From NCBI GenBank assembly GCA_963769605.1, contig CAVYML010000005.1, positions 1,309 to 65,308 of the forward strand: 64,000 nucleotides of DNA. Reading direction: 5' to 3'. The translations under genes were made by a program, and so were the position numbers. Numbering within the stretch: position 1 is the stretch's first letter; the number at the start of each line of letters is the position of its first letter. Positions 41,640-51,892 of the stretch are shown in pieces. The notes below the pieces were generated by a model, which saw nothing but the letters and a program-made list of their open reading frames with translations, was not told the origin of the DNA and searched no databases. This DNA is from Ignavibacteriota bacterium. GTDB lineage: Bacteria > Bacteroidota > Ignavibacteria > UBA10030.

Positions 41640-42614
41640 TCAAAATTCTTGAGAAGCTTTTTCCTTGTATTCAAGTAAAAGCTTCTCAATTAGAATATAT
41701 TCGGTATAATTCATGAGCTCCATACGAATTTTGGAGGCATGAGGATATCCTTTAAGATATCCAGCATAATGTTTTCTGAATTCGAATATACCCTTCTTAT
41801 CTCCTTTTAGCTGGAGCGATAACCGCAGATGTTTCAAGAGGATATCAAATCGTTCATGAATAGATGGTTGAAAATTAAGAATGCCGCTGGAGAGAAATTC
41901 GCGTGTTTGTTTAAAAAGCCATGGATTGTCAATTGCTGCTCGTCCGATCATTACTGCATCGCATCCTGTCCAACTGAACAAATGAGCGATCTGCTCCGGA
42001 GTTCCGATAGAGCCGTTTACAATAATTGGAATCTTGACTGCTTCTTTAACTTTCAAAATCCAGTTATAATCGGGATCGCCTTTATGAGCTTGAGATCGTG
42101 TACGGCAATGGATCGTCAAGCCCGATGCACCCGATTGTTCGACGAGACGGGCGACTTCGACAATGTGGATACTTTCGGCATCCCAGCCGAGACGAGTTTT
42201 TACCGTTACAGGAAGCTTTGTCGCTTGAACCACATTCTGAACGATTTTCTCCAATCTAGGTAAATCGCGCAATAAATCAGATCCGGCTCCGCTGTTCGTT
42301 ACATTTTTTACCCAGCAGCCACAATTGATATCGATAATATCCGGATGCAATTCTTCAGCCATTTGTGCAGCATGCTGCATGGAATCCGGATTTCCACCGT
42401 AAATTTGTATTCCAAATGGTCTTTCTTCTTCCAGAAATTCCATTTTCTTTTGAGTCTTTGCTGAGTTTCGAATAAGTCCTTCTGAATTGACAAATTCCGT
42501 ATAGACGATATCTGCCCCGAGACTTTTACATATAAGCCGGAACGGCAGGTCGGTCACTCCCTCCATAGGGGCAAGTAATAATGGCTGTTCAATATTGATA
42601 TGACCGATTTTCAT
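41640..42614 (-). CDS. dusB: tRNA dihydrouridine synthase
   Basis: LAPMEGVTD, DINCGC, TVKTRLGW, IHCRT, MIGRAA..NPW. Confidence 0.92.
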   Translation of the reverse strand: MKIGHINIEQPLLLAPMEGVTDLPFRLICKSLGADIVYTEFVNSEGLIRNSAKTQKKMEFLEEERPFGIQIYGGNPDSMQHAAQMAEELHPDIIDINCGCWVKNVTNSGAGSDLLRDLPRLEKIVQNVVQATKLPVTVKTRLGWDAESIHIVEVARLVEQSGASGLTIHCRTRSQAHKGDPDYNWILKVKEAVKIPIIVNGSIGTPEQIAHLFSWTGCDAVMIGRAAIDNPWLFKQTREFLSSGILNFQPSIHERFDILLKHLRLSLQLKGDKKGIFEFRKHYAGYLKGYPHASKIRMELMNYTEYILIEKLLLEYKEKASQEF

Positions 42615-42677
42615 AAAGAAAATATACGAAACCTCTTAGGCAGTTACAACTGGCATGTGTTTGTAGTTCGCTGATAA

Positions 42678-42704
42678 TTCTTAGTTCGTTGTTCTTAGTT
42701 CTTG
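42678..42704. repeat. Heptamer array (TTCTTAG family)
   Basis: ttcttag ttcgttg ttcttag ttcttg. Confidence 0.75.
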
Positions 42705-42849
42705 CCTCTTGGCTACAATACTGCGGTATTGCGATGCTGTCGTTTGATATCATAAAGAGATTGAGACAATGATCAAATGATTCTTTTTCAGCAGGACGGG
42801 AAAAATTCAAAATAATTAAAAGGAAGGGATTTCGACAAGAACATACGAA

Positions 42850-43347
42850 TTACGAATCTTTAAACTTTTTTATCAAAGCCCCTCTAGTTGCTTCAATAAA
42901 TTCTGAAACTATTTTTACATCCGCAAGTACAGGCATAAAATTCATATCACCATTCCATCTCGGGACGACGTGAAAATGGATATGCTTATCGACACCGGCT
43001 CCGGCTGCACGTCCCAGATTTGCCCCGAAATTGAATCCATCCGGCTTGCTTAGAGCGCGTAATATTTTTATGCATCGAGAGGCGGTTTTCATGATTTCTT
43101 TGTGTTCTTCGGGTGATAAATCTAAAAAGTCGGAGGCATGTTTGTAAGGGACGATAAGAACATGCCCGCTGTTGTACGGGTATTTGTTCATTACGACAAA
43201 GCAGTGTTTTCCGCGCCAGACAACAAGATGTTTTTCATCTTCCTTCTTCTCTCTCTTCATTTTGCAAAAAAGGCATATCCTCCCTTTTTTGTTTTCCTTA
43301 AAAGTGTCTATATAGGCGGATCGCCATGGAGAAAACATTCGTTTCAC
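42850..43347 (-). CDS. HIT family hydrolase (Ap4A phosphorylase-like)
   Basis: SPWR, CLFC, NKYPYNSGH, HIHFHVVPRW. Confidence 0.93.
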   Translation of the reverse strand: MKRMFSPWRSAYIDTFKENKKGRICLFCKMKREKKEDEKHLVVWRGKHCFVVMNKYPYNSGHVLIVPYKHASDFLDLSPEEHKEIMKTASRCIKILRALSKPDGFNFGANLGRAAGAGVDKHIHFHVVPRWNGDMNFMPVLADVKIVSEFIEATRGALIKKFKDS

Positions 43348-43474
43348 AATAAACCCCTGTTCAAATTATGGAACACTTTTTCAAGATAATATAACAGATT
43401 TCCATGCTTGAAAGATACAAAAGAATGAATGCAATTCAAATAAAACGAGATCTCTGTACCGACCTATGGATATT

Positions 43475-44419
43475 TTAGAATTCTACAGCCAATGAAAAAG
43501 ATGGGACATATTCAACGTAACCGTCCGGCAGTACGCGCGGGAGAATGGACGCGTGCATTTGCATTTGATGATTCAGATGCGCCGCATTCCACGCTGCTTC
43601 AAGAGCACTAAGCACGTGATTTGCGATTAAAATATAGCTGGCTGTCGATGCGACGGCATAATACGAATTAGCCTGACCGCGCATATTACGATAAAACAAG
43701 AAATTCGCAGACACCTTCGAAGCCAGGACATCGGCATCCGAATAGAGCGGGATGCTCCCGTTCCAGGCATCGTCCCAGCCTCCGATAAATTGCGGATACT
43801 TCCCTATCAACTCATAATATTGTTGGTCGGGACGCGGTGGAAGCTGATGCGTAAATCCATTATAAACACCGGTCGTTGCATAGTCTGCGAGTGTTTCTTC
43901 GATTGCATTTAACTTTGACCAATTGACACACAGCCAGGGCGTTTGCTTTAGTAAATTTATATTGGTTGATGTGATAACGCCGCTGATATCGATGCTGGGG
44001 AAAGTCGCTTTAATCCAGTTCACATATTCAACGACCGACCAATTCTGATCTGCATATGTTTGAAAATTATTCGTCTCTCTATTCCCCTTGGCGTAATATA
44101 CCGCATAGACAATCCACATAGCAACTTCGACGCTGAAGGTTGTTATGCTTTGCCAATAACTTTGTGTATATAATTGTCCCGCTCCCGGAACGACAGCGGA
44201 AAGCAATCCTGCCGTTAATGGAGAATATGGCTTCGGCATATCCGTTTGGATGGAATCGCCGGTCAACTGCGTATGTTCAATTGAAGATGCATAAAAATCG
44301 ATATTAAAATTGCCGGTTAATGCGTTGCTGCCGGGAGAAGCCTGGACTGATTCCATCCTGTATTGCGATTTTGCCGCACAGGGAAGCAGGAGCAAAACTA
44401 TAATGATTATTTTTTTCAT
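43475..44419 (-). CDS. Exported/membrane hypothetical protein (DUF5683-like N-terminus)
   Basis: Signal peptide; SPLTAGLLSAVVPGAGQLY; QQYYELIGKY; terminal Phe; ATG at 44419 chosen. Confidence 0.7.
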   Translation of the reverse strand: MKKIIIIVLLLLPCAAKSQYRMESVQASPGSNALTGNFNIDFYASSIEHTQLTGDSIQTDMPKPYSPLTAGLLSAVVPGAGQLYTQSYWQSITTFSVEVAMWIVYAVYYAKGNRETNNFQTYADQNWSVVEYVNWIKATFPSIDISGVITSTNINLLKQTPWLCVNWSKLNAIEETLADYATTGVYNGFTHQLPPRPDQQYYELIGKYPQFIGGWDDAWNGSIPLYSDADVLASKVSANFLFYRNMRGQANSYYAVASTASYILIANHVLSALEAAWNAAHLNHQMQMHASILPRVLPDGYVEYVPSFSLAVEF

Positions 44420-44429
44420 GGAGTACCCC

Positions 44430-47400
44430 TCAGTACAACCGCATGCTTTTAGTGATTTCATTTATTTCAAAACTAAAAAGGATGCCGAAATAGAATCGCC
44501 ATTCTTTGCCGTAGGTAACAACCGTAGGGGAAGGGTCCTCGACATCTTTTGTGAATTGATTAAATCCATACGCTCCGGAGAAAAAAATGCGAGTCGGGTA
44601 TTCATACCAGGAAAAAGATTCAAGGCGCAGTTCAAATCCGGCATCTTTCTTCCAATCGGAAATTCCCGGAACAGAGCTGTCCCATGCATCGCCAAAATCT
44701 GTGAAAAGTGAGCCGTAAAGTTTCGAAAAATAGACAGGCCCCAAACGCAAATCGATATCCTGGATAATCGGAAAACGGTATGTCAGGTTCAACACTGCCG
44801 TCTCGTTTCCACCGATGGCATAGAACGGATACCCCTGCATGCCGATAAATCCGCCATCATAAAAATCGAAGAAATCGTCGACCGTCGGACCTAATATAAA
44901 TCCTGTTCGCAATCCTAAAGACAAAGTCTGTTTTTTAAAAGGAAGCGGAAAATGTTCGGTCCAGCTGAATTCGAAGCGATCGATAGGGACCGGAGTGTAG
45001 ACCGGACTCCGAAGACCGTTGCTGTAATTGGCAGAATCGGTGGGATTGAAATCATTCAACTCGCGTGAATATTTCAACGAAATCGTTCTTCCGACCGGAT
45101 TGATATCTCTGTCCACTGTTGGGATTATCCCGTCGTGAGAGAGCTGAAGCGAAAAGATATTGGATTTAAGATACGTTGATCTTGAGCCTGGAATAACCAC
45201 AGCATCAGAAGGATTTCCATCCTGCCAAACCCAGCTTCCAAAATCCTGGCTATAGCTGCTTAAAGAATATTGAAGTTTGAGTTGAATTGATGGATCAATG
45301 ACTGGCTGTCGCAATGAAAGATCGAATTCAAAGAGGTTGTAACCGATGGTTGTTTGATAGTGACGTTCAATGTCCGTGAGCAAATCGAATCCGTAGTTAA
45401 TATTCCGTGTAATATTATATAACTCTGCTGTTGCAGTCGGTTCAAGCCCGAGCTGGTAGAGAATAGGTAATCGGTCGTGATATTCGAGAACGAGAAAAAG
45501 ATCGGCTTCCATCTGTCGATTGACTGCGGCACCGCCATAAATAAGAAATTTATCAAGTACTTCATCTGAACTGAAAAAAATACCCGGCTTAAGAACATCG
45601 ATGCCTGAATCATGCTCGTTGTATGTATCGATGCGCAGCAGAGGCATGAGTATAAGACTCGTAAATTTTGAATGATAAACTCGCGCCGTATCTCGAAATA
45701 CCGGATGGGATATATTTTGGACGCCGTTCAGAGAGTCTCCGAAATTATTGGATACCGGCATATCGATTGCTATGTTTTTTTTGAAAGCTGTGCTGTCCGA
45801 TAAAAACGCGAGCTTATATCCGGTGGAAGTGTATGTGGCATAAGCGACATTATGAGCAGAATCGACGCTGGGGAAAAAAGCGCCTCCGAGAACATTGGTC
45901 ACCTGCCGGCATGAATCGGACGATAACGACCGCGCATAAATATTGAAAATCCCCGTTCTATCCCAGGAAAAATAGAGAGAAGATCCATCCGGTGCAAAGA
46001 AAGGATTCCGTGCATCTGCTTTAGAGGTCAAAAGTCTGAAATTCGATCCGTTGCTGTCTATGAGGGCAAGAGATTGATTATGCTGCAGTGAATAGCCGAA
46101 TGCAATTTTCCTTCCGTCCGGAGACCAGACCGGCGTATAGGCCTGTTCCCCATTTGTAAAATGCGTCAGCCTGCGGATATTTTTTCCGTCTGCATCACAG
46201 ATGTTCATATTTCTCGTTCCATCTTTACTCGATGTAAAAACAATCGACTTCCCATCCGCGGAGAGCTTTGGATCAAGGGCACGCAGGCTTTTGGTAAGCC
46301 TTTCTTCTTTTTCTTTTCGAAGATCATAACGGTAGATGTCTCCGTATGCAGACCAATGCGGATTATTCCGGGTAATTTTTGCATAATAAAGATATGTTCC
46401 ATCCGGGGAAAAAGATACAGGTGAATATACACCCGATACGACCATTTTGCTCGTACCTGTTTTTAGATCATAGAGATAAAGAGAGCTGAGAGATGCAAAG
46501 TCCTGATTTTTATTGGAAACGTATGCAATCGTTTTTCCATCGGGCGAAAATGCAGACGATAAATTTCCAAATCCTTCAGGCTCAATAATCCTGCCATTGA
46601 CCAGTGTTCCTTTTAAAGAATCGGCAACCGATTGATACGCCCGTATTTTCTCTTCTTTCCATTCTTCATAGAGTTCTTTTCCAGTCTTGTGAAGAGCGGC
46701 TTCAATGGCGCCATCTATCGTCATACGCGAAACATCGCCAAGATGCCTCGTGATATCTTCCAGCTTTTCATTTCCGTATTTTCGTCCGATATAATCTACA
46801 AGTGAGAATCCGGAATTATAGACCGATTCATCCCCCAGTCCTGTTTTTTCAAACATTCCCATTTCTTCCCACGAGAGCTGCTTTCCTTCCAGCATATACA
46901 TTCGCAGAATCATATCTCTATGCGTATCCCAATAATCATACTGGAGAGCGGGATTGTTGTACTGGGCAGTTCCCTCGGCGAACCACGGCGGAACGAGAAA
47001 TCCGGAAATAGGATACGAAATAATAACGTTCGGATAACCGTACAGAACATCAGGGCGCCGTTCTTTTTCATAGCCAAGGTATTGCACATAAAAGTTCATC
47101 AATTTTCTTCCGAACTTCATCGAGGCTTGAATCTGAACGATATGCGTAAACTCATGCGTTATGACATTCCAGAGCCATGGATGAGTGCCGCGAAGCTCGA
47201 AGTCCATCGCCGATGCCCATATGATGATTCTGTTCTCGAAAAATATCGCTCCCCCGTTGGAATAATCGTCGTGATCTCTGACAATAAATTCTACTTTCTG
47301 ATCCGGAATATGATGATACATATCCGTGACGGGTTTATAAATACTTTCCGCGATATAGGCTATTTCGCGTGCCGTCCGTTCGGCTCCGGTCTGGTAGTCG

Positions 47401-47522
47401 ACAATAAAATGTTCAGTTTCCAGCGTATGCCAATCGAGCTCCGTATGATTGAAGTCATCCTGTGCAGCAAGAAACATCGGGAACAAGCAAAAAAAGAGAA
47501 GAGAGAATCTAAATATTTTCAT
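44430..47522 (-). CDS. Gluzincin peptidase + TolB-like propeller + C-terminal beta-barrel protein
   Basis: THEFTH and WFAEGTAQY; PD40-like repeats (FSPDGK, WSPDGR, FAPDGS); barrel-like C-terminal strands (GG..GMQGYP, FTDFGDAW, AGFELR). Confidence 0.75.
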   Translation of the reverse strand: MKIFRFSLLFFCLFPMFLAAQDDFNHTELDWHTLETEHFIVDYQTGAERTAREIAYIAESIYKPVTDMYHHIPDQKVEFIVRDHDDYSNGGAIFFENRIIIWASAMDFELRGTHPWLWNVITHEFTHIVQIQASMKFGRKLMNFYVQYLGYEKERRPDVLYGYPNVIISYPISGFLVPPWFAEGTAQYNNPALQYDYWDTHRDMILRMYMLEGKQLSWEEMGMFEKTGLGDESVYNSGFSLVDYIGRKYGNEKLEDITRHLGDVSRMTIDGAIEAALHKTGKELYEEWKEEKIRAYQSVADSLKGTLVNGRIIEPEGFGNLSSAFSPDGKTIAYVSNKNQDFASLSSLYLYDLKTGTSKMVVSGVYSPVSFSPDGTYLYYAKITRNNPHWSAYGDIYRYDLRKEKEERLTKSLRALDPKLSADGKSIVFTSSKDGTRNMNICDADGKNIRRLTHFTNGEQAYTPVWSPDGRKIAFGYSLQHNQSLALIDSNGSNFRLLTSKADARNPFFAPDGSSLYFSWDRTGIFNIYARSLSSDSCRQVTNVLGGAFFPSVDSAHNVAYATYTSTGYKLAFLSDSTAFKKNIAIDMPVSNNFGDSLNGVQNISHPVFRDTARVYHSKFTSLILMPLLRIDTYNEHDSGIDVLKPGIFFSSDEVLDKFLIYGGAAVNRQMEADLFLVLEYHDRLPILYQLGLEPTATAELYNITRNINYGFDLLTDIERHYQTTIGYNLFEFDLSLRQPVIDPSIQLKLQYSLSSYSQDFGSWVWQDGNPSDAVVIPGSRSTYLKSNIFSLQLSHDGIIPTVDRDINPVGRTISLKYSRELNDFNPTDSANYSNGLRSPVYTPVPIDRFEFSWTEHFPLPFKKQTLSLGLRTGFILGPTVDDFFDFYDGGFIGMQGYPFYAIGGNETAVLNLTYRFPIIQDIDLRLGPVYFSKLYGSLFTDFGDAWDSSVPGISDWKKDAGFELRLESFSWYEYPTRIFFSGAYGFNQFTKDVEDPSPTVVTYGKEWRFYFGILFSFEINEITKSMRLY

Positions 47523-47567
47523 AAAAAAGGATTGCGCTCCATACCATCATTTTTTATTTCAACATTC

Positions 47568-50500
47568 TCATTTTACAACGGCAATTTTTATGATGGCAGA
47601 GGCCGTATGATTGCTGCTTTTTGCTTCTACGCGTGCGAGATACACGCCGGTTTGAATCCGTGTAACATCCCAAAGAATTTCATTATCAAATCCCGCTTTG
47701 CCAGTACCGTGAAGTTCCGTAATCGATGTTCCTGCAACATCGAATATTTTAACGGTAATAGCCGCATCTTCTGCAACATAATAGCGGATACGTGTTGTCG
47801 ATCCATAGACCGGATTCGGCCAGTTATACACGCGATTCTTGGGGAAGAAACTTGTGCTTAAAGCTTGTGAGGATAAAGGTAATGCGGCATAATTTGAATG
47901 TGTCGCGTCTTTGCCGAACTGACTCCAGAGAAGATTTTGAAGCAAATATGGAGAATTGATTTCTTCCGCACTTATGGAACCGGCAGCATTAACCGCAAGA
48001 ACGCCGAGCTTTGAGTCTTCCGTTTTAAACAATGCCGGAAAGATCGATCCTGCCGTAGAGATCTGCACGGGAAACCCGTTCAGAATAGTACCGTTGTTTT
48101 GATATCCGCGTAAAACTCCGCTGGATGTTATTGCAAGGATTTCAGGCGCTGACGTTGCACCATTATTCAGAATCATCGGTGTTCCCGTAAACGTGCTGCC
48201 GTCATAGAGCGTAATTGGAAAATGGTCGAGAATAATTCCATGCTGACTGACGGCAAGGATCTCTTTTCCCGCCCATAAGATAATATCGCAGTTTCCATCG
48301 CCATCGATGTCTGCTGCTGCAAGGGAAGTGATGGAATCGACCGGTAACACGCCGTTAAAAAAACATTCCTGCAGATTCTCCGAAAATATTTCTACGCGAG
48401 TCCCTCCCTGCTGAGCCGCTATGACAAATTTTTCCGAAGATGATTGTGCTGCGGCTATCATCCATGGACGTGAAGAATCGTCTAACACTGCAGACATTCC
48501 TCTGCCGAATATCTGAGAGCTTGTCGAGGCGTAGTATTCAGGCGTACTCGACGGCAATTGAGCGAGAAATAAAATTTTAGAGTGCCCTGCCCGAGTCTCT
48601 GAAAGAACATGACCGAGAGAATCCACAATCCAGAGTTGACCGGAATTTCCTCCGAATACGAATACAAATTGTCCCGAAGCGTTTGGCAGCATCATGGGTG
48701 CAGTCGTAATCTTATCGTCCAGCAGTATTGTAGAATTTATTTGCCCGGCAAGAGTTCCGTCCGCGTTCATTTGCGCTTTGAAAATATAAACTGAACTATC
48801 TTGAGATCCGATCATCGTAAAAGATGAACCGTATTCTTCAACGACGATACCGTTTCTTCCCCCTTTTAAAGCGAAGCGTCCGGTCGGGTCAGATGTTTTG
48901 CTTGTTCCGTCTGGTCTGAACAAATAAATTTTTCCGCTGTCTATAATGGCGATCGTCGAGTCCGTGGAAAGAGGATATCCCGGCGATTTGGAAGTCAGAG
49001 TTTTTGTGAACGGTAAATACGAATTGCAAATGCCGCCTCCTATCTGGAGACCGGCCGTCATGTGGGCCGAACGGATGCTGAAATTATTTATTGTAATGAG
49101 GCTCGATGCCCCCGAATAACTGTTGCTGTTCGGATAGGTCGACGGTCCGAATGTCTTCGGATAGACGGGAGACGGGTTCTGCTGGTACCAACAATCCTGA
49201 GCCGAACCATCCTCGGCTCCCGACCCCAATGACTGACCGATATCCTGAGGACCTCCGGCTTCCTCCAGATCTACCCCCCGATGCGCCGAATCGATATTGA
49301 TCGTATTGGATGCAAGATTGTTTGCAATGACCGATTCATCGATATGCCAGATGAGAATGCCTCCACCGTCGTATTGATGGGTCGGATCCTGTATCGTATC
49401 CCTATACCCCATGACGGCCCAATCATAGTTTGATACGTCGATGACGGTGCCGGCAATTAAGCTGTCAACGGAGTAGTTGAATGCCGTCATATCCGTGGGA
49501 ATAATCAAGGAGTCGATTTTTCCATCTTTTGAATTGGATGTTAAGCTTTTTCTAATAAATGTAATTTTTAAACCGGTTCCCAATGGATTTCTATTTCTAT
49601 TCTCAAGCAGAAAATATTCTGTAGAACTGATGGGTACTTTGTAGATTGTATCCTGAGCGGATGAATGCAAGCTGACGGCAGGAAGTGTGATGAATGCATT
49701 TTTTGTAAGTGTGATCGGTGTAGTCCATCCCAAATATATTTTTTCCCATGCGCAGGGTTCGGGCGGGAAAAGTCCGTTATAGGCAAAGAATCCAGCTCCG
49801 TCTTTCAGGCCGAAATCGCCTATGCCGGAAGCGCCGCTTTGCGTGTTGTACAAATCAGGCAGTCCCAAAAAACTTCCGACGCATGCGGCAAAATATCCGT
49901 TGATACTGTATTGAAGAGTATCCAGTCCGAAGGTGGTGGTTATTATGCGTGATTCCGTCTCCGGGAGAATAATTGAATTCGTAATATGAAACGTTCCGTT
50001 TCGGACAGGAATGCCTTGCGAAGTCTCTGTAGGCAGTACGGATGATAGAGCCGTCGAGTCAAAGTAGAGAGAAGGCAAATCATGCGGTGTCGGATCTTGA
50101 CCGAGAAGACTGACCAAATCGATATCCCGGCCCGAGCCTGCATGAAAAACGACGAAAAGATCATAGCTGCTGAAGTCGACGGATGGATTTGCGCTGTCTG
50201 CCTTTTGCCAGCTATCGAAGACCAATTGGGCTAATTTTGAATAATCGGAACCGACAGTCGGAGGGGAATAGGACGACATGGGCAGCGCCAAACTTACCGG
50301 GATCCTGATAACATCCCCCGAAATATTCAATTGTCCATTGGATACCTTTTTAAAATAGTTTTTTACAAAGAGAATTTTATTCGAAAAGTAGGCCGAATCA
50401 TGTGGCGTGGGATCTATTTGACCTAAATCACTCAGCAAAAAAATACCGTTTCCCGACGCTAGGTTGTCCGTTTTTTTTGCAAAATCAACCATGACTGCCA

Positions 50501-50660
50501 GAATACGAAGAGAAGAACGAGCTTCCCCATTGGCTGAGGTAATACTGAACGTTGCATGCCGAACAAGATCGTTCTTTTGAAAGCGAACCTTATGTGCAGA
50601 AAGAGCCCACGCAACAGCCGTACAGAAAAGGAAAACTATAACTATCCGAATGAATCTCAT
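47568..50660 (-). CDS. M6/immune inhibitor A-like domain protein with FG-GAP-like repeat and T9SS-type CTD
   Basis: ILAVMVDF, VFHAG, LGLPDLY, WEKIYLGW, EYFLLENR, GILIWHIDE; ADIDGDG; YNWPNP...WD...GVYLARV..KIAVVK. Confidence 0.8.
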   Translation of the reverse strand: MRFIRIVIVFLFCTAVAWALSAHKVRFQKNDLVRHATFSITSANGEARSSLRILAVMVDFAKKTDNLASGNGIFLLSDLGQIDPTPHDSAYFSNKILFVKNYFKKVSNGQLNISGDVIRIPVSLALPMSSYSPPTVGSDYSKLAQLVFDSWQKADSANPSVDFSSYDLFVVFHAGSGRDIDLVSLLGQDPTPHDLPSLYFDSTALSSVLPTETSQGIPVRNGTFHITNSIILPETESRIITTTFGLDTLQYSINGYFAACVGSFLGLPDLYNTQSGASGIGDFGLKDGAGFFAYNGLFPPEPCAWEKIYLGWTTPITLTKNAFITLPAVSLHSSAQDTIYKVPISSTEYFLLENRNRNPLGTGLKITFIRKSLTSNSKDGKIDSLIIPTDMTAFNYSVDSLIAGTVIDVSNYDWAVMGYRDTIQDPTHQYDGGGILIWHIDESVIANNLASNTINIDSAHRGVDLEEAGGPQDIGQSLGSGAEDGSAQDCWYQQNPSPVYPKTFGPSTYPNSNSYSGASSLITINNFSIRSAHMTAGLQIGGGICNSYLPFTKTLTSKSPGYPLSTDSTIAIIDSGKIYLFRPDGTSKTSDPTGRFALKGGRNGIVVEEYGSSFTMIGSQDSSVYIFKAQMNADGTLAGQINSTILLDDKITTAPMMLPNASGQFVFVFGGNSGQLWIVDSLGHVLSETRAGHSKILFLAQLPSSTPEYYASTSSQIFGRGMSAVLDDSSRPWMIAAAQSSSEKFVIAAQQGGTRVEIFSENLQECFFNGVLPVDSITSLAAADIDGDGNCDIILWAGKEILAVSQHGIILDHFPITLYDGSTFTGTPMILNNGATSAPEILAITSSGVLRGYQNNGTILNGFPVQISTAGSIFPALFKTEDSKLGVLAVNAAGSISAEEINSPYLLQNLLWSQFGKDATHSNYAALPLSSQALSTSFFPKNRVYNWPNPVYGSTTRIRYYVAEDAAITVKIFDVAGTSITELHGTGKAGFDNEILWDVTRIQTGVYLARVEAKSSNHTASAIIKIAVVK

Positions 50661-50709
50661 AGAAATTCCAAATATTTGATAGAATGGATGATAAGGATAC
50701 GAAATATAT

Positions 50710-51819
50710 CTACCATCCTATCGATAAGGAGAGACGCAATGTTTCCCCTAAAGGATCTTCATCCGACGCTGCATTGATATAACTGAAATCAAATCCGTAA
50801 ACATCATACCGGATGCCGGCGCCGAATGTCATAAACTTTCGATTGCCGTTTTGTGGATCTTCATAAAAATATCCGACACGGAGTGCAATAAGCTTCGGAC
50901 TTCCATACCAATATTCCAAACCAGTACTCATGGTAAATTCACGAATTTGAGCACTAAAGCTTGTGGGTTGACCAGGAGATCCTGTCCAGGTCGTATAGAA
51001 AGCTTGGTAGAATTCATCTGCGCTTCCTGCAGTGTCCCTCTTGACCAGCAATCGATTGACATCCGTAATCCATGTCAAAGTGTTATATTCGCTTTGGGCA
51101 AGATCATAGGCAAAGCCGAGTCGAAGGTTCTGCGGAAGAGGATCTGCCTGTGCTTTATCTATGTAAAAAATATTCGGTCCAATATTCGATATATTTATTC
51201 CCAGACGGAGATTCTTCCCGAGGTCGACATCGGTAAACGGAATTACGACACTTTCCGGTTTATAAAGCAAGCCGATATCGAAGCTGACTCCTGTTGCGGT
51301 TCCGCTCCCCTTTTCTTCCGCTGTTCCGAAGGGGGCAAGCCTGCTGTAAATGATGCGCGCGTTCACGCCGATACCGAGATCAGGATTGAGCTTTGTAGCG
51401 TAGCCAATGGAAAAAGCCGTTTCGTATCCTTTGAAAGTCGAGATAACATCAGGATTATCCAGCGTTTGCGCAAACTCACCCAGGTTCAAATATGTAATCA
51501 TAGCGGAAACAACTCCGTCCAACTCTTCGACAGGCTGCTTATACACCATATGGGCGATCCATAAATCGGAAAGACCTAAGGATGGCAGCCAATCGGCGTG
51601 CGACATGGCAATTTCCGAACCTTGCTGAAAAGCATATCCGGCCGGATTCCAATAGGCTGCCCAGGCATTGTCGGCCACTGCAACACCTCCTTCGCCCATT
51701 CCACTGGCGCGTGAATCAGGTGCAATTTCCAGAAAAGGCACTGCCGTTGTTTGCACCTGTGCTTGAAGAAACTGGGCACAAAGGATTGTGCCGAAAATAA
51801 GAATAAATAATTTACGCAT
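50710..51819 (-). CDS. porV: Type IX secretion outer-membrane protein PorV
   Basis: TTAVPFLEIAPDSRASGMG, YWNPA, DPLPQNLRLG, GLEYWY, RVGYFYE..NGNRKFMTFGAG; directly downstream of porU. Confidence 0.9.
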   Translation of the reverse strand: MRKLFILIFGTILCAQFLQAQVQTTAVPFLEIAPDSRASGMGEGGVAVADNAWAAYWNPAGYAFQQGSEIAMSHADWLPSLGLSDLWIAHMVYKQPVEELDGVVSAMITYLNLGEFAQTLDNPDVISTFKGYETAFSIGYATKLNPDLGIGVNARIIYSRLAPFGTAEEKGSGTATGVSFDIGLLYKPESVVIPFTDVDLGKNLRLGINISNIGPNIFYIDKAQADPLPQNLRLGFAYDLAQSEYNTLTWITDVNRLLVKRDTAGSADEFYQAFYTTWTGSPGQPTSFSAQIREFTMSTGLEYWYGSPKLIALRVGYFYEDPQNGNRKFMTFGAGIRYDVYGFDFSYINAASDEDPLGETLRLSLSIGW

Positions 51820-51892
51820 GAACTCGATCCTCCAACAATTACAATGTACTCTTTAAGAATAGCTTAATTTTACCTAAAAAAATAATAAAATA

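Noticed and set aside
46920-47861. 313-aa plus-strand ORF
   Set aside because: Antisense shadow of two well-supported minus-strand genes.
50851-51564. 237-aa plus-strand ORF
   Set aside because: Antisense shadow of porV.
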